Of a DNA stretch of 64,000 bases, positions 1 to 11,279 are shown in pieces. The notes below the pieces were generated by a model. It saw nothing but the letters and a program-made list of their open reading frames with translations, was not told where the DNA came from and searched no databases. Positions within the stretch are counted from its first letter, which is position 1, and every line of letters begins with the position of its first letter. Source of the stretch: Selaginella moellendorffii (taxonomy: Eukaryota > Plantae > Lycopodiophyta); the NCBI RefSeq assembly GCF_000143415.4, contig NW_003314296.1, positions 1,649,858-1,713,857 on the forward strand. Reading direction: 5' to 3'. The position numbers and the translations under genes are program-made.

Positions 1-374
1 AAGTTGCCGAGCTGCCGGATGATATCACCTTCAGTTCTGTTTTAGTTGCCTGTAGCCACGAAGGGAAGTTGCTTAACAGCAAGGACCATTTTCAGTCAAT
101 GAGTGTTGACTTTGGAGTGTCACCCAACAAGCACCACTACTGCTGCATGATAAACCTCTTCTGCCGAGCTGGACATCCAGGTGATGCACAAGAGCTTCTG
201 TCCACTATGCCTTTCGTTCCCACTGCTCTGGAATGGACATGCTTGCTGGGAGCCTGTAAAAGCTACAATCAGGTTTCTCAAGCTGTTCAAGCTGCAAAGT
301 ATTTTCTAGATCAGAGTAGCGGAGGGTACTTGTTGCTCGCAGGTCAGGTTGAATCTTGTAGAACCTGTGTATAA
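1..374 (+). CDS. Pentatricopeptide repeat protein (PLS/E class), 3' end only
   Basis: PDDITFSSVLVACSHEG...HYCCMINLFCRAG...MPFVP..WTCLLGACK are L2/S2/E motif signatures; 5' part lies outside the window. Confidence 0.85.
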   Translation, partial: VAELPDDITFSSVLVACSHEGKLLNSKDHFQSMSVDFGVSPNKHHYCCMINLFCRAGHPGDAQELLSTMPFVPTALEWTCLLGACKSYNQVSQAVQAAKYFLDQSSGGYLLLAGQVESCRTCV

Positions 375-1658
375 CAAATTCAAAACCAATATATTATTAG
401 TCTTAATCACAATAATAGTATTTTAAGATGTAAATTATTTAATAATAATTATATTGCAATCTATGTAGATTCAAGTGAGGCTACTTGTTTTAAAATGTAA
501 TTTTGCAATTTGTATGCAACACAATATATCTTTGTAAATTCCTTTATACTTATACTTATTTAAGAATGCACCGACAAGTTTCAATTTTTTTCCTTTATTT
601 ACCTTGGGCTTCAATAATGTGGACTTCAATGATTGACTACAAGCTGAGACATATATTTGTGTCTTTTTAAGTGCAACAATCTCATTCAATCAGGAAATAT
701 TGTCAAGCTAAATCTCCCTTTTTCCTCTTTTGTCCTAAAGTCTCTTTACTCTGGGAAAAAAAATAAAAAAAATAAAATATATATTAAGTAATAAAGTAAG
801 TAATGATATAAAATATAAATAGAAGCTGTGATTTTTATCCATCAAAATTATCATTGTTACGAACTATTTTAGCACACTCTCAAAAATTTCAAATATTTAT
901 TATCTTATAATGTATAATTCATAGATTATAAAATGCTACCTAAAATTCTTCATTATTGAAAATTATTTTAATAATTTAGAATACAGTAATAATTATATTA
1001 TAAATATTAGAAAATATTTTAATTGAAATGTAGCACAAAAAAATCAGTTGCTTTTCTTAAAGACTGATATTTTGTTTTCTACAAATTATGTATTCTTAAA
1101 GACAATTTAATAGACCAGGTCAAATTTTTATATAATTAAAAAATATTTATTTTTAGCTTCAATGTAATTTTCCTAAATAAGTATGACTAGTGTATTATTA
1201 TCTTAATTAATTAATTAATGAGATGATCAAGATAATGAATCAAGCTGCTATCAATCTAGAGCCTTTACTCTCCTATAAGTTGAGAAGCTTATAAATGGTG
1301 GTGGTGCTGGTAGTGTTGTGAAATGTATATACTATGTTTGAAAAATCTTAAAAGTAATATTACAGTAGTAACAACCTTGAATAACAGCAAGGTATTGGCA
1401 CTGAAATTTCAAATCATACCGTTCAGTATAGCATGTTAAATGGCTGTCCTTCAAATTAATTATATTGGATATACTAATTAAAATGTGAGTATAACTTTTA
1501 GTATAAGTCACTCTGTGAGTGCTTGAGATATGGGAATAGGTATATTAATTAGAGTTTATATATACAACAACGGGATGGACCAGATTCAATCCTAAATAGA
1601 TAATTTATATACTATAATACTATAATTAATGTAGTATCTAGCAAAAGTATTATCCATC

Positions 1659-1793
1659 GTGTGTGTGTGTTTATATATATATATATATATATANNNNNNN
1701 NNNNNNNNNNNNNNNNNNNNNNNNNNNNNNNNNNNNNNNNNNNNNNNNNNNNNNNNNNNNNNNNNNNNNNNNNNNNNNNNNNNNNNNNNNNNN
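1659..1793. repeat. (GT)n/(AT)n microsatellite running into an assembly gap
   Basis: gtgtgtgtgt...atatatat followed by ~100 N. Confidence 0.9.
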
Positions 1794-3466
1794 TTTACGA
1801 CCATAAGTAAAACTTACCTCTACATTTTCCCTTTGGTAAAAATTTAAAACCTATATTAACTTGGACTTATGACTTTCGTCTTTGTTTAGTACCACATATA
1901 AAAGGTTGAACTCACACCATTTATCCTTTATATCCTTTTTATCCCCCCTTAAAATGAAAATAAATTTTAAAGCATCGACTCCATTCGAACTCATTATACT
2001 CGTCCTCATTGTTCGGCCTCATTCCACTATTATATCCATTCAACCTCATTACATTAAGGCTAAATATTCCATTTTAATTTGCAATATTCATCCTCACTCC
2101 ATAATTTATATCATTTATCTTTGCTCCACTATTGTATCTATTTGTCCTCACTCTATCATCATGACCAAACTCCCATCCATCCCCTTTACCCCCTCTTCTG
2201 AAGAAAAAAAAGTTTAAAATGTCAAAGCAAAAAGGAGAAAACAAGAAAAGGGAAGAAGAAACATTATGGAAGAAGAAAAAATGGACAAAGAAGTATTGAA
2301 AGAGGAATTTTTAGCAATTATTAAAATAGAAATGGGAAGAAAAGAAAGAAATATATTCAAAGCTTGGAAAACAAAGGATCTTCTATGATAAAATACTTCA
2401 GCTAGCATAAAATAAGCAAGAGATTCATATTACTCAACCTCCTTAACACACAATTTAACATTTGATATAAGGAAAATTAATAGAAAAGTCTATATACTCA
2501 AGTGAACACATAAATCCCTTAGCAGTAATGATAAAATAAAAGCTTTTAACAGCACTCATAACTAGGGATATGCATTTAATTTGAAACTTTAGCTAAAGTA
2601 ATTGAACCCTTGGAATCAATATTAGAATTGATCAAAGACTTCACTAGATTCTCAACTTCATGTTACATGCTTAACATCCAAATTAGTATGAGAATAATAG
2701 AAAACAATCAACTCAACACTGGATTGAGAATAAGAATCCTAAAAATTAGAAATGATTAATGTGCCAAGAGAAGGATATATTTCAGATGAAGAAGGAATAT
2801 TAGAAATATGAAAAGGCAACTCAAGCTGAGAAATAAGAAAAAGTTGGGAAAGAGTAAAATTTTAGCTAACAAAATAGAAAAATAAAAGTTTTAAGACTAT
2901 TAAAAATTCTATCTCTCTTAGTAACAATTTCAACTTTGCTATAGCAACCAGAAATAAACTCTGATTCAACTACACTATGCAAAGTTGAGTTAGATCATAA
3001 TTTCTTGTGTTATAAACAAAAATATAATATGATAATGGTTATGGTAAAATGATATCATAAATGGTAATGGTACTGTAATATATTTTATTTATTTTTAATT
3101 TTAAGTTGTAATTTCTGACTAGTGTATATATATATATAAATTAATTATTAATCATGGTTGGAATTTACACCTTACCAATTGAGTGCATAAATTGCAAAAA
3201 TTTAGACCATAGGTTGGCTTGTTTTTGAGAGGTCTTACTGATTCTTGGTGGAAATTTTCAATTCATGTTTCACACAATTTTTGAGAGGTTTGCTGGAGAG
3301 GCCAGGCTAAAATGGTAACTGGCTAGTGAACTTCAAGCCTAGGAGGACATAAAGTTCTTCTAGGATATTCTAAGAACATTCTTCTAAATTGCAAGCAGAA
3401 TATGCCTCTGAAGCGAGTATATTCTGTCAAACAGAACACGAGCCCTAATTCTCTGGAGGGCACGCG

Positions 3467-4126
3467 ATGGGGCTCGCGAAGACGCTGCTTGGGCCGACTT
3501 TCAACTATTTCGCCAGGCGCTACAAGGCCAATGTGGAGAAGGAGCTCAGGAAATTCGGTAAGCGCCTAGAAAATCGAAACCCTTGTCAAGGAATGGCGGC
3601 TGTGTTCTTGACCGCAGCTTTTCCTTTTTTCTTTTCGGTTCTTAGTTGTGCTCCTGCTTCTAGGGCTGAGATACGAGGACCTGCTGGATCCAATGGGGGA
3701 TCCAGACCTGGAGGAGGCATTGAGCCGCCTCCCACAGCACGAGCTGGACTTGCGAAACCAGCGGCTCAAGCGCGCCATGGACCTCTCGATGAAGCACACT
3801 CACCTCTCCAAGGAAATGCAGGTATTCTCGAAGAGAAAAAAGGATTTTTTCGAGGAGCCGAAGCTTAGCTCTCTTTCTTTGTTTCTTTCAGGCGAAGCAA
3901 ACTCCATTCCTGCCATACGTGCAGGATCAGCTCCAACAGGTATCCTTCCTTTCCTTTGTTTTTATATGCGTCGAAAAGCTCTTGGAATTGTTTTCTCGTT
4001 ATCGTTTTACTTGTTTGTTCTAACTTTCTTTTTTCTTTTCTTCTTTCCTTGGAAACACAGGTGAGAGCCGAGCGCAAGGAACGCGAAGCCTTGGGATCCG
4101 ACGTTCCATACACTCGCGCGATCTAG
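3467..4126 (+). CDS. QCR7: Cytochrome b-c1 complex subunit 7, 4 exons
   Basis: Spliced ELRKFG/LRYEDLLDP...EALSRLP...RNQRLKRAMDLSMKH...VRAERKEREALG; GT-AG introns; TAG at 4124-4126. Confidence 0.93.
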
Positions 4127-4811
4127 TCCTCTGGGCATCGACAAGAAGAAAAGGATCAAAGCACTCGTACTGTTTTGGACAAATAATGTGTGTTTCTTTC
4201 GACATACCGAGGAGGTAACATTCAAGCAAAGTTCGATCTAATGTATTCCCGGTCTTGCTCAAAAGCCTGGCTCGTATAGCTCGCAGTAGAGTGGGCCTTT
4301 TCGAATCGAATCGTGCCACCACTGCCCACTGCTAAGTGCTGCGCGACGAGTGCTTGAAGATAAGCTCGAAAGCAAGCTCGACGACAAAGATCTCGCGGGA
4401 CAAAGAAGCGTCCTTAAACAAAAGCTCTCTCTCGATCGAGCGTAACGGGCCAGGCGAGAGAATCAAACAGGCGAAAGTTGCGAGGCCGGCTCGATCCAGA
4501 CAGATGGTCCTCCTCGTTTGCAGCACAAGCACGCACTTTCTTCCCTCCATTGTTTCGTGGAGCGTGCAGTGCAAATTCGCTGCCAGCCATAGCCATAGCG
4601 ACGAGAGCAAAGCAAGAACAAAAAAGAAAGCGACGAAAAAGTTGCGAAGTTGACGCATGGATTTGTCACCAAGCTCTCGGCAGCGAAATGTTTGGAAGTT
4701 TCTTCCTCGAAGTTTTTCGTGTCTCGAGGCTTGGAAAAAATAAGTTTTCTAAGTGTGGGAAGGTTCTCTCGTTTCGTGGCATTCTTTTGGCGTTTTATTC
4801 TTGGTAGTACT

Positions 4812-4952
4812 GTGGACCTAGTGTGGCCGCCACGCGCCTTTGGGCCCACTAGGCCACGTGGAGCCTTCACCGCCTTTGGATGCCAGTGCCCGGCACACGC
4901 CCTGGACCACATCCGTGCCGCCACGCCAGCCCTATTCTGGGGTTTATATAGT
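4812..4952 (+). promoter_or_regulatory. Putative VIT1 proximal promoter (G-box, two GCCGCCAC motifs, TATA)
   Basis: CACGTG 4855-4860; GGCCGCCAC 4825-4833; GCCGCCAC 4917-4924; TTTATATA near 4943-4950, ~110 nt upstream of the ATG. Confidence 0.5.
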
Positions 4953-5056
4953 GACACGCATTCTTGTGGTCGTGTGTGATTTTCCTTGCTCACTTTTCTC
5001 GCGATCTCTCTTTCTCTTCATCGAGTGACCGATCGATCGATCGCTAGGGCAGATCG

Positions 5057-6280
5057 ATGGCGCCGAATGTTACCAGACCCGCCGTGGACGGCGCCCTAGA
5101 GGCGGGGCTTTTGGATCGCGATGACAAGCACAGGCCGAGGGATCACGGCGGCGATGGTGATTCCAGCTCCGATGGCGGCGAGCATGTGGAGCGGCATTTC
5201 ATGGCCGGGGAGATCGTCCGCGACGCGGTGATGGGCGCGTCGGATGGATTGACGGTGCCTTTCGCGCTGGCGGCTGGATTATCGGGCGCCAGCGTCCCGT
5301 CGCTCGTTGTCGTCACGGCGGGGCTCGCGGAGGTCGCGGCTGGAGCGATCGCCATGGGATTGGGGGGGTATGATCGATCGAAATATCTTTCTTTTCCTTG
5401 GATTCTATGGAGCTAATGTTTGCTTGCTCTTCTTCTTTGTCGCAGGTACTTGGCTGCCAAGAGCGAGGCCGATCACTATGAGAAAGAGAGAAAAAGGGAA
5501 GAGGAAGAGATCGAGCGCTCTCCTGAGACAGGTATTCTATTCTATACACTTTTCCTTCCGTATAGACTTTGACACAGATTTCTCGCTTTTGCTTTTCTCT
5601 TCTGGTTTTTCCAGAAGCCGAAGAAGTTGCGGAGATTCTAGCAAATTTTGGTCTCATGCAAAGCGAATACGAGCCAGTCGTGGCAGCGCTGAGGAAGCGC
5701 CGGGACGCATGGGTGGATTTTATGATGAGGTACTCAGCGATCTCTTCCTCTCTTTTCTTGTTGCTTTCTCTCTTCCAAGTTCCAGCCAGAGCAGTCCTGT
5801 TGATCTTCCCAGCAACTAGAACTTCAGTTAGCTCCACAAATCTCCTCGAGATTACTCATTCCTCCATAGCGATAGCGATCCCCTACCATTCCATCCTCTC
5901 CAGAAACCAACAGCAACTAGATTGACTGATCCCATTCTTCCAAGTTCATGTAAGACTCACACAACTTTACCTCTTTGCGTAGATTCGAGCTGGGATTGGA
6001 GAGGCCGGAGCCAGGCAGAGCCATGAGGAGCGCGGCGACCATCTCGCTGGCGTACGTGGTGGGAGGGATGATCCCGCTCCTCCCTTACATGCTACTCTCG
6101 GAAGTGTTTATGGCACTCAAGGTATCCGTGGGCGTGACGCTGCTGGCGCTGTTCGTGTTTGGCTACGTCAAGGGGCTCTTCACGGGGTCGAGGCCTTTTA
6201 GCAGTGCGCTGCAAACGACGTGTATAGGTGCGCTCGCCTCCGCCGCTGCTTTCCTCATTGCTCGGGCCGTCAGCAAGTAG
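5057..6280 (+). CDS. VIT1: Vacuolar iron transporter (VIT1/CCC1 family), 4 exons
   Basis: ERHFMAGEIVRDAVMGASDGLTVPFALAAGLSG...AGAIAMGLGGYLAAKSEADHY...WVDFMMRFELGLERP. Confidence 0.95.
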
Positions 6281-6497
6281 ACCAAACTCACTGCTAGTGG
6301 AAGTAACACGTAGATGTCTGTGCCTTTTCCAAGCTGATTCGAGCCAGATTTTTCTCAAACCTCGAAAGAGCTAATCACGCTGGAAATGTGAATTGCTTTA
6401 GACCATTCTTCGCTTTAACATTTAATGTCTGACTGGTGGAATCTTTTTATTATTGTTATGATAAGGCCTTTAAGAGTTGGTTATTTTTAAAGGTAAT

Positions 6498-6506
6498 ATA
6501 TATAGA

Positions 6507-6541
<35 letters not shown>

Positions 6542-6557
6542 TTATTCACATATATAT
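6498..6557. repeat. (AT)n microsatellite
   Basis: Long atatat run. Confidence 0.9.
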
Positions 6558-6749
6558 AAAATTTATCAAAATCTATCTGACTAGAAGCTAATGAGTTAGA
6601 CTTTAATTAACTTTGAAGCATTTTATTAGTTTTAGGGTACTATATAAAATTCAGAGTTTTGAAATGGTCCAAAGGCTTGATCTGAAATATTTTCTCATCA
6701 TAATTATCTAAACTTTTAAAACAAGTTTAGGTTTATTTCAAGCAAGGGT

Positions 6750-7320
6750 ATGGCGTCCGAGCTGGTGGGACAACTACTTGGCCGTCCTCATCTCCAGATG
6801 CGTGTGCCGAGCTCCTACAGGGAGAGCGTTAGGTTCTACTACGAGTGGAATAGAATCCAGGACAGCAGTGGCAAGATGATGCGCTGGGATCCTCGCGGTG
6901 CCAAGTTGCTGTGCGCCGTCTCCCAAGACCATCGCCTTGTGGTCACTCGCACCACAAAAGCTTAGAAAGCTCTACGTTGGGAATCCCTTTGTCAACCGGT
7001 GGGAGGAGATCCCCTACTTGGACATGGGGGACTCCTTATGGAGGGTGTTCCTCTTGGCCACTGGCGGGCAGGAGTTCAAGGTTGTGGCAAGCAACACGAT
7101 CACGTACAACGATCTCGGTCTCTATCTCTCGGACCGTCAGCCCGTCCGCCTGGCGAGCTGGAAGGGAAAGCTCTACGTGGTGTTGGTGGATAGCAAATGC
7201 AATATGTTTGTGGTTAAGGAGATTTGTGCCAAGACGGGTGATGATGAGATTGCGGTGGTGAGAGATTTGCCGTTGTATCTCAAGTTTGCTGGTCAAGCGC
7301 ATAACCTGTTGAATTTTTAG
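6750..7320 (+). pseudogene. Probable F-box-associated-domain gene relic, frameshifted
   Basis: Two overlapping frames; LYVGNPFVNRWEEIP...FKVVA resembles the NP..r.w..LP motif of plant F-box C-terminal domains; no F-box visible. Confidence 0.45.
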
Positions 7321-7756
7321 GGAATTATGTTGCACAAGTTGGAATATTACGAATTTCATATGATTTAGATACAGGTAGGTGGGCATGTAATTCACCTCTT
7401 ATCTGTTGCTATGTTTTTGAGCTTGTATTTTTGGAGTATTATGTGTTACATAAGATCAACTTTTTTGTTGGCTTGTATAGAAATATTAATCTAGCAGTAA
7501 TTATTTATATATAATAAATCTATAAACCGGTCGATTCCAATTGAATGTGTCAAATTCTTTATGTTTAATAGAATCTCCTAAGATGCTAAAATCATTTATA
7601 AACTTGGAGATATTTTGCTCTTAAGAGCACAGATATTGACAATTATTCTAAGTTTTCACTGTCAATGTCTTCTGTCAATTGTCAGAATTAAAATAATTAA
7701 TTCTGCTGCAAGATGTTCCCATGATTGCCTAGTTAGCAAAAGATTTTTAATCTTTG

Positions 7757-9435
7757 TCAGCATTGATTTGCTTTCATGTTTAGTAACTCTTGCTTGCAGT
7801 CACGTAGAATCCTTCGCTCCCCTATTCTCAGCCGAGCAGCATGGAGCTCCTTGGTATGCTGTCTACACTCGCCAAGGGCTTGCTCTTCTTTACCAAAAGT
7901 GATACCATATAGCTCGTCTCGCTTGCCAATCACGAGTAACAACAGATTGATCACTGTGGAGTTGAGTAGCCACCGTTCCAATCTGCTTTCCACACTCTCT
8001 AACCTCCGCTTCTTGGTTGGATGACAATGAGTTTCTTTGCGCCACCCGAGAGCTTTGGTAGCCTTCTTCACCCTTCCTTTCACTTTGGCAGCAGCATCTT
8101 CGAGAGCTTTGCAATCCCGTGCCCGAGACTGGATCACAAACAGCAGCAGCAGCAGCTCGATCTGTGGCTTCCCAGAAGCACTGATCTCAAAGTACTCACT
8201 GCCTTGGGATTCACAGCCGGAGAAACCAGCTTTTCTCCACACTCTTCCCCGCTTGCGGACGCGTTTCTTCTGGAAGCGGGAGAGAAGTACCTCGAGCACG
8301 CAGTCCATGTCCAAGTTCACTATGTCGTGAGGATTGTTTGGCTCTGTGAATCCATATCTGTGAAGCAGCGCGGCATTGCCCAACTGTCCATAGGTGTTGA
8401 AAATCTGGAGAGACAAAACAAGTCAGAACAAAAGTTTTTTCTTTTTTGCACTTACTTCCGAGCCAGCTGCTACGTCTTTCACCATCACCATTTCCAGCAC
8501 GCTTTTATCACTAGAGATTTCACGACAGTCACCGTTTGCCAATCCATCGTCAATGATCAAACCATTGTCGTCGTCGTCACTGTCACTGGCGTTCAGCATG
8601 AAATGCACGTCCTCAGCATCGGTTTTATGATTGAAGCTGGAAGAAAAGGAAAATCCAGCGTTAGGAGATCAACAAGAGAGATGGAAAAAGAGAAACATAT
8701 AAACCAACTTACACTTACAGATCCGCTAGAGGCACCATGCCATAGCCATGCTCGGCATCGATCTCGAAAGAGCGAGAAGAAACCAGGGATTTTGCTGCAA
8801 GGTAGGATTCGAACGTAAAATCCTGTGCTGGAAACTCGAGAGGATCCTCTTTGGTTAGCGGAGCTATGTTTTCTTCCCAGTCTTCCTTCATGAGAAGCTT
8901 ATCTTCTTTCAATGCCTGTGAAAGAAAAACAAAGGAGCAAAACTCTCGTCAAGAAGAACAAGAAGAAAAAGATTTCTACCTTGTGGAGCTCGGTCCCGAG
9001 CAACAATCCATCGATCTCTTCCTCACTCCACAAGAATGGGACGCTTTCCTGGCGAGGAAGAGTCTTCAAATACCTATACCACTTCGACCCCTTCCCTTTG
9101 CTGCGCTCGTACATGAGCGCCACAGTGAGCCCCAATCCACCTCCAAGCCGCGCCCTCTCGATCGCGTCGCGCGCGGCGGTGGTGAGCAGCGTGAGGCAAG
9201 CGGCCTTGGGAATGGTCGCGATGAGCTCGCCGTGGTGGAGATCGCGCAATGCCCTCACTCCAGCCCCAGAAACCACTCCATCCATGCCAAAACGCAGCGC
9301 GTCGCTGTACTGGATCCCATTCCTCGCCATCCACACCAGGAATCGCCGCAATGGCCTGTAGGGACGATCTCATCAGAGAGAACGAGCGAGAGAGTGAGAG
9401 AGAAGCGCTTACGGTGAGAGAACGCCATCCTCCAT
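7757..9435 (-). CDS. SET-domain N-lysine methyltransferase (SETD6/Rkm-like)
   Basis: GVRALRDL..GELIATIPK, ALMYERSKG..SKWYRYL, SSRSFEID..HGYGMVPLADL/FNH, EIFNTYGQLGNAALLHRYGF. Confidence 0.9.
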
Positions 9436-9624
9436 GTCGCATTTCTAGGGTTCTTCAAGCTCTTTCATTTACTATCTTGACCATTCATTGACTTATTTGA
9501 CTTTCATTGACCTTTTTTGCTCGGAGAGTTTCGAGCGATGGAGTGGGAACTTGCGATGGAGATGAAACTTTTTACTATATCGCAGTGAAAAATCTCATAT
9601 TTTAAGTTCTGTGGTAAGTTTTCT

Positions 9625-10704
9625 TCATTTCTTCTCCTCTTCCTCGGGCTTGGCTTCTCCTTTGCCAGAAGTTGACGAACTCGACGACGAATCCGCAACG
9701 CAAAAATTCCACTCGCTCACGACTTCCTGCTGCTTCTGCTGCTCGCCTTCTGGCAGCGAGATCTTCTTCCCGAGCTCGGCCACATCCCTGTTCCTCAGCT
9801 CCCTCACTTGCTCCCACAGCGGCGGGAGCTCTCGCAAGAGATGCTCCACCAGGTACTCGCCGCTCTGGGCGTGCTTGAAAAATCCATGCTTGAGCAGCTT
9901 CCCGGCCGTGGGCCGCTTGCTCGCCTCCTTCTGGAGGCAGCACGCCACAAAATCCTTGAAACTCTTGGAGAAAACTTTCGCTCTCTCGGGCTCCAGCGTC
10001 GGCGGCGGACTGGAGAGCTCCACCAGCACCATCTTCATGGGCGGAAGATCCGAGAGTGGAGCGTGGCCCTGCGCGAGCTCCAGCGCGGTGATCCCCAGCG
10101 ACCATATATCCGCGCTACAGTCGTAGCCGCAAACCGGATCCAGCACCTCGGGCGCCATCCAGCACGGAGTGCCAGCAAAGGTGGTCCTCCTCGCGATCTG
10201 CCGGTTGTAGCAATCGAAGAGGCAGGCCGAGACCCCGAAATCGCCCAGCTTGACGCCGCCGTGCTGATCGACGAGGATGTTCCCGGCCTTGACGTCCCTG
10301 TGGATGTGGCCGTGGAAGTGGAGATAGTCGAGCGCCTTGAGGCACTCCCTGAGCACGGTGGCGACGAGCAGCTCATCCAGGCCGTACGGCCGGGCCACGC
10401 GCATGATGGTCAGGCAGGAGCCGGCGGCCATGTACGGCATCACCACCCACAGGCGCTGGCCGACGATGAAGAGCGCGAGCGCCGCCACCACGTTAGGGTG
10501 GTCGATGAGGCTCAGTGTCTGGGCCTCGCGGCGTACCTCGTCAAGATCGCTGCGGCACTTCTCCAGGTCGATGCTCTTGATGGAGACGATCTCGCCGCGC
10601 GGCACGCACAGCGCGCGGTGGACCGTCGCGTTCCTGCCGTGCCCGATCTCCTCCAGGACCCTGTAGTCGGATGCCGCCACCGGGTAGGGTTTCCTGGCCT
10701 CCAT
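9625..10704 (-). CDS. STE20-family Ser/Thr kinase (OSR1/FRAY, BLUS1-like), intronless
   Basis: YP..ASDYRVLEEIG, IKSIDLE, HRDVKAGNIL, DFGVSACLFD, TFAGTPCWMAPEV, ALELAQGHAP. Confidence 0.92.
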   Translation of the reverse strand: MEARKPYPVAASDYRVLEEIGHGRNATVHRALCVPRGEIVSIKSIDLEKCRSDLDEVRREAQTLSLIDHPNVVAALALFIVGQRLWVVMPYMAAGSCLTIMRVARPYGLDELLVATVLRECLKALDYLHFHGHIHRDVKAGNILVDQHGGVKLGDFGVSACLFDCYNRQIARRTTFAGTPCWMAPEVLDPVCGYDCSADIWSLGITALELAQGHAPLSDLPPMKMVLVELSSPPPTLEPERAKVFSKSFKDFVACCLQKEASKRPTAGKLLKHGFFKHAQSGEYLVEHLLRELPPLWEQVRELRNRDVAELGKKISLPEGEQQKQQEVVSEWNFCVADSSSSSSTSGKGEAKPEEEEKK

Positions 10705-11279
10705 CGCCGTCGCTGCTGCTGCCGCGCGCGCTTGGATCGCTCATTCCTGGAGAGATTGGGATGGATCTAGCGCCGGATTGCTGGAGATTACCCTGCTTGT
10801 TGCGCCGCCGCTGGCACGCTGGATCGAGCAGGCAATCAAGCCTAATGGAAATCGGAGGAGAAGAATCGCTGCGCGCTTTCGCCCCCCCGAAATATTTGCC
10901 ATAGAACCCTAAAGCCACGTCGGCGCCAAAAAAGTCCTTTGTTTATATACGTGTCAGGCAATGACTACTCCACGTTGCAAAGGTTAGACACGTCAGCATA
11001 CCGAGGGTGTTCAATGCGCTCAAGCTTGCGGCTATGGCGGAGGAGGAGCGCCCCTCGAGAAGCTCCTCGTCGCTCCATCGCCACGATTCTGCGAGTCGAA
11101 TGAGATTTTGATCGCGTCTATCGCCTTCTTGGATGGGTGTCTTTGGTAAGGGTTGCTGATCGCCTCCGCTTGCGTTTTCTAGGGCTCTGCGCGTCGATCG
11201 CGGTGACCTAGCGAAGAATGCAGCTCTGGAGCGCTCGAAATATTGCTGGACGGTAGTTTTTCTTGACGATCCAGCGAGC

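Noticed and set aside
1800-3120. Purine-rich stretch that might be a LINE ORF1 or other TE relic
   Set aside because: Too degraded; no diagnostic motif
8021-8818. 265-aa plus-strand ORF, and similar long ORFs such as 9808-10770, 14656-15468 and 51810-52700
   Set aside because: Antisense shadows of real GC-rich genes, with no protein motifs
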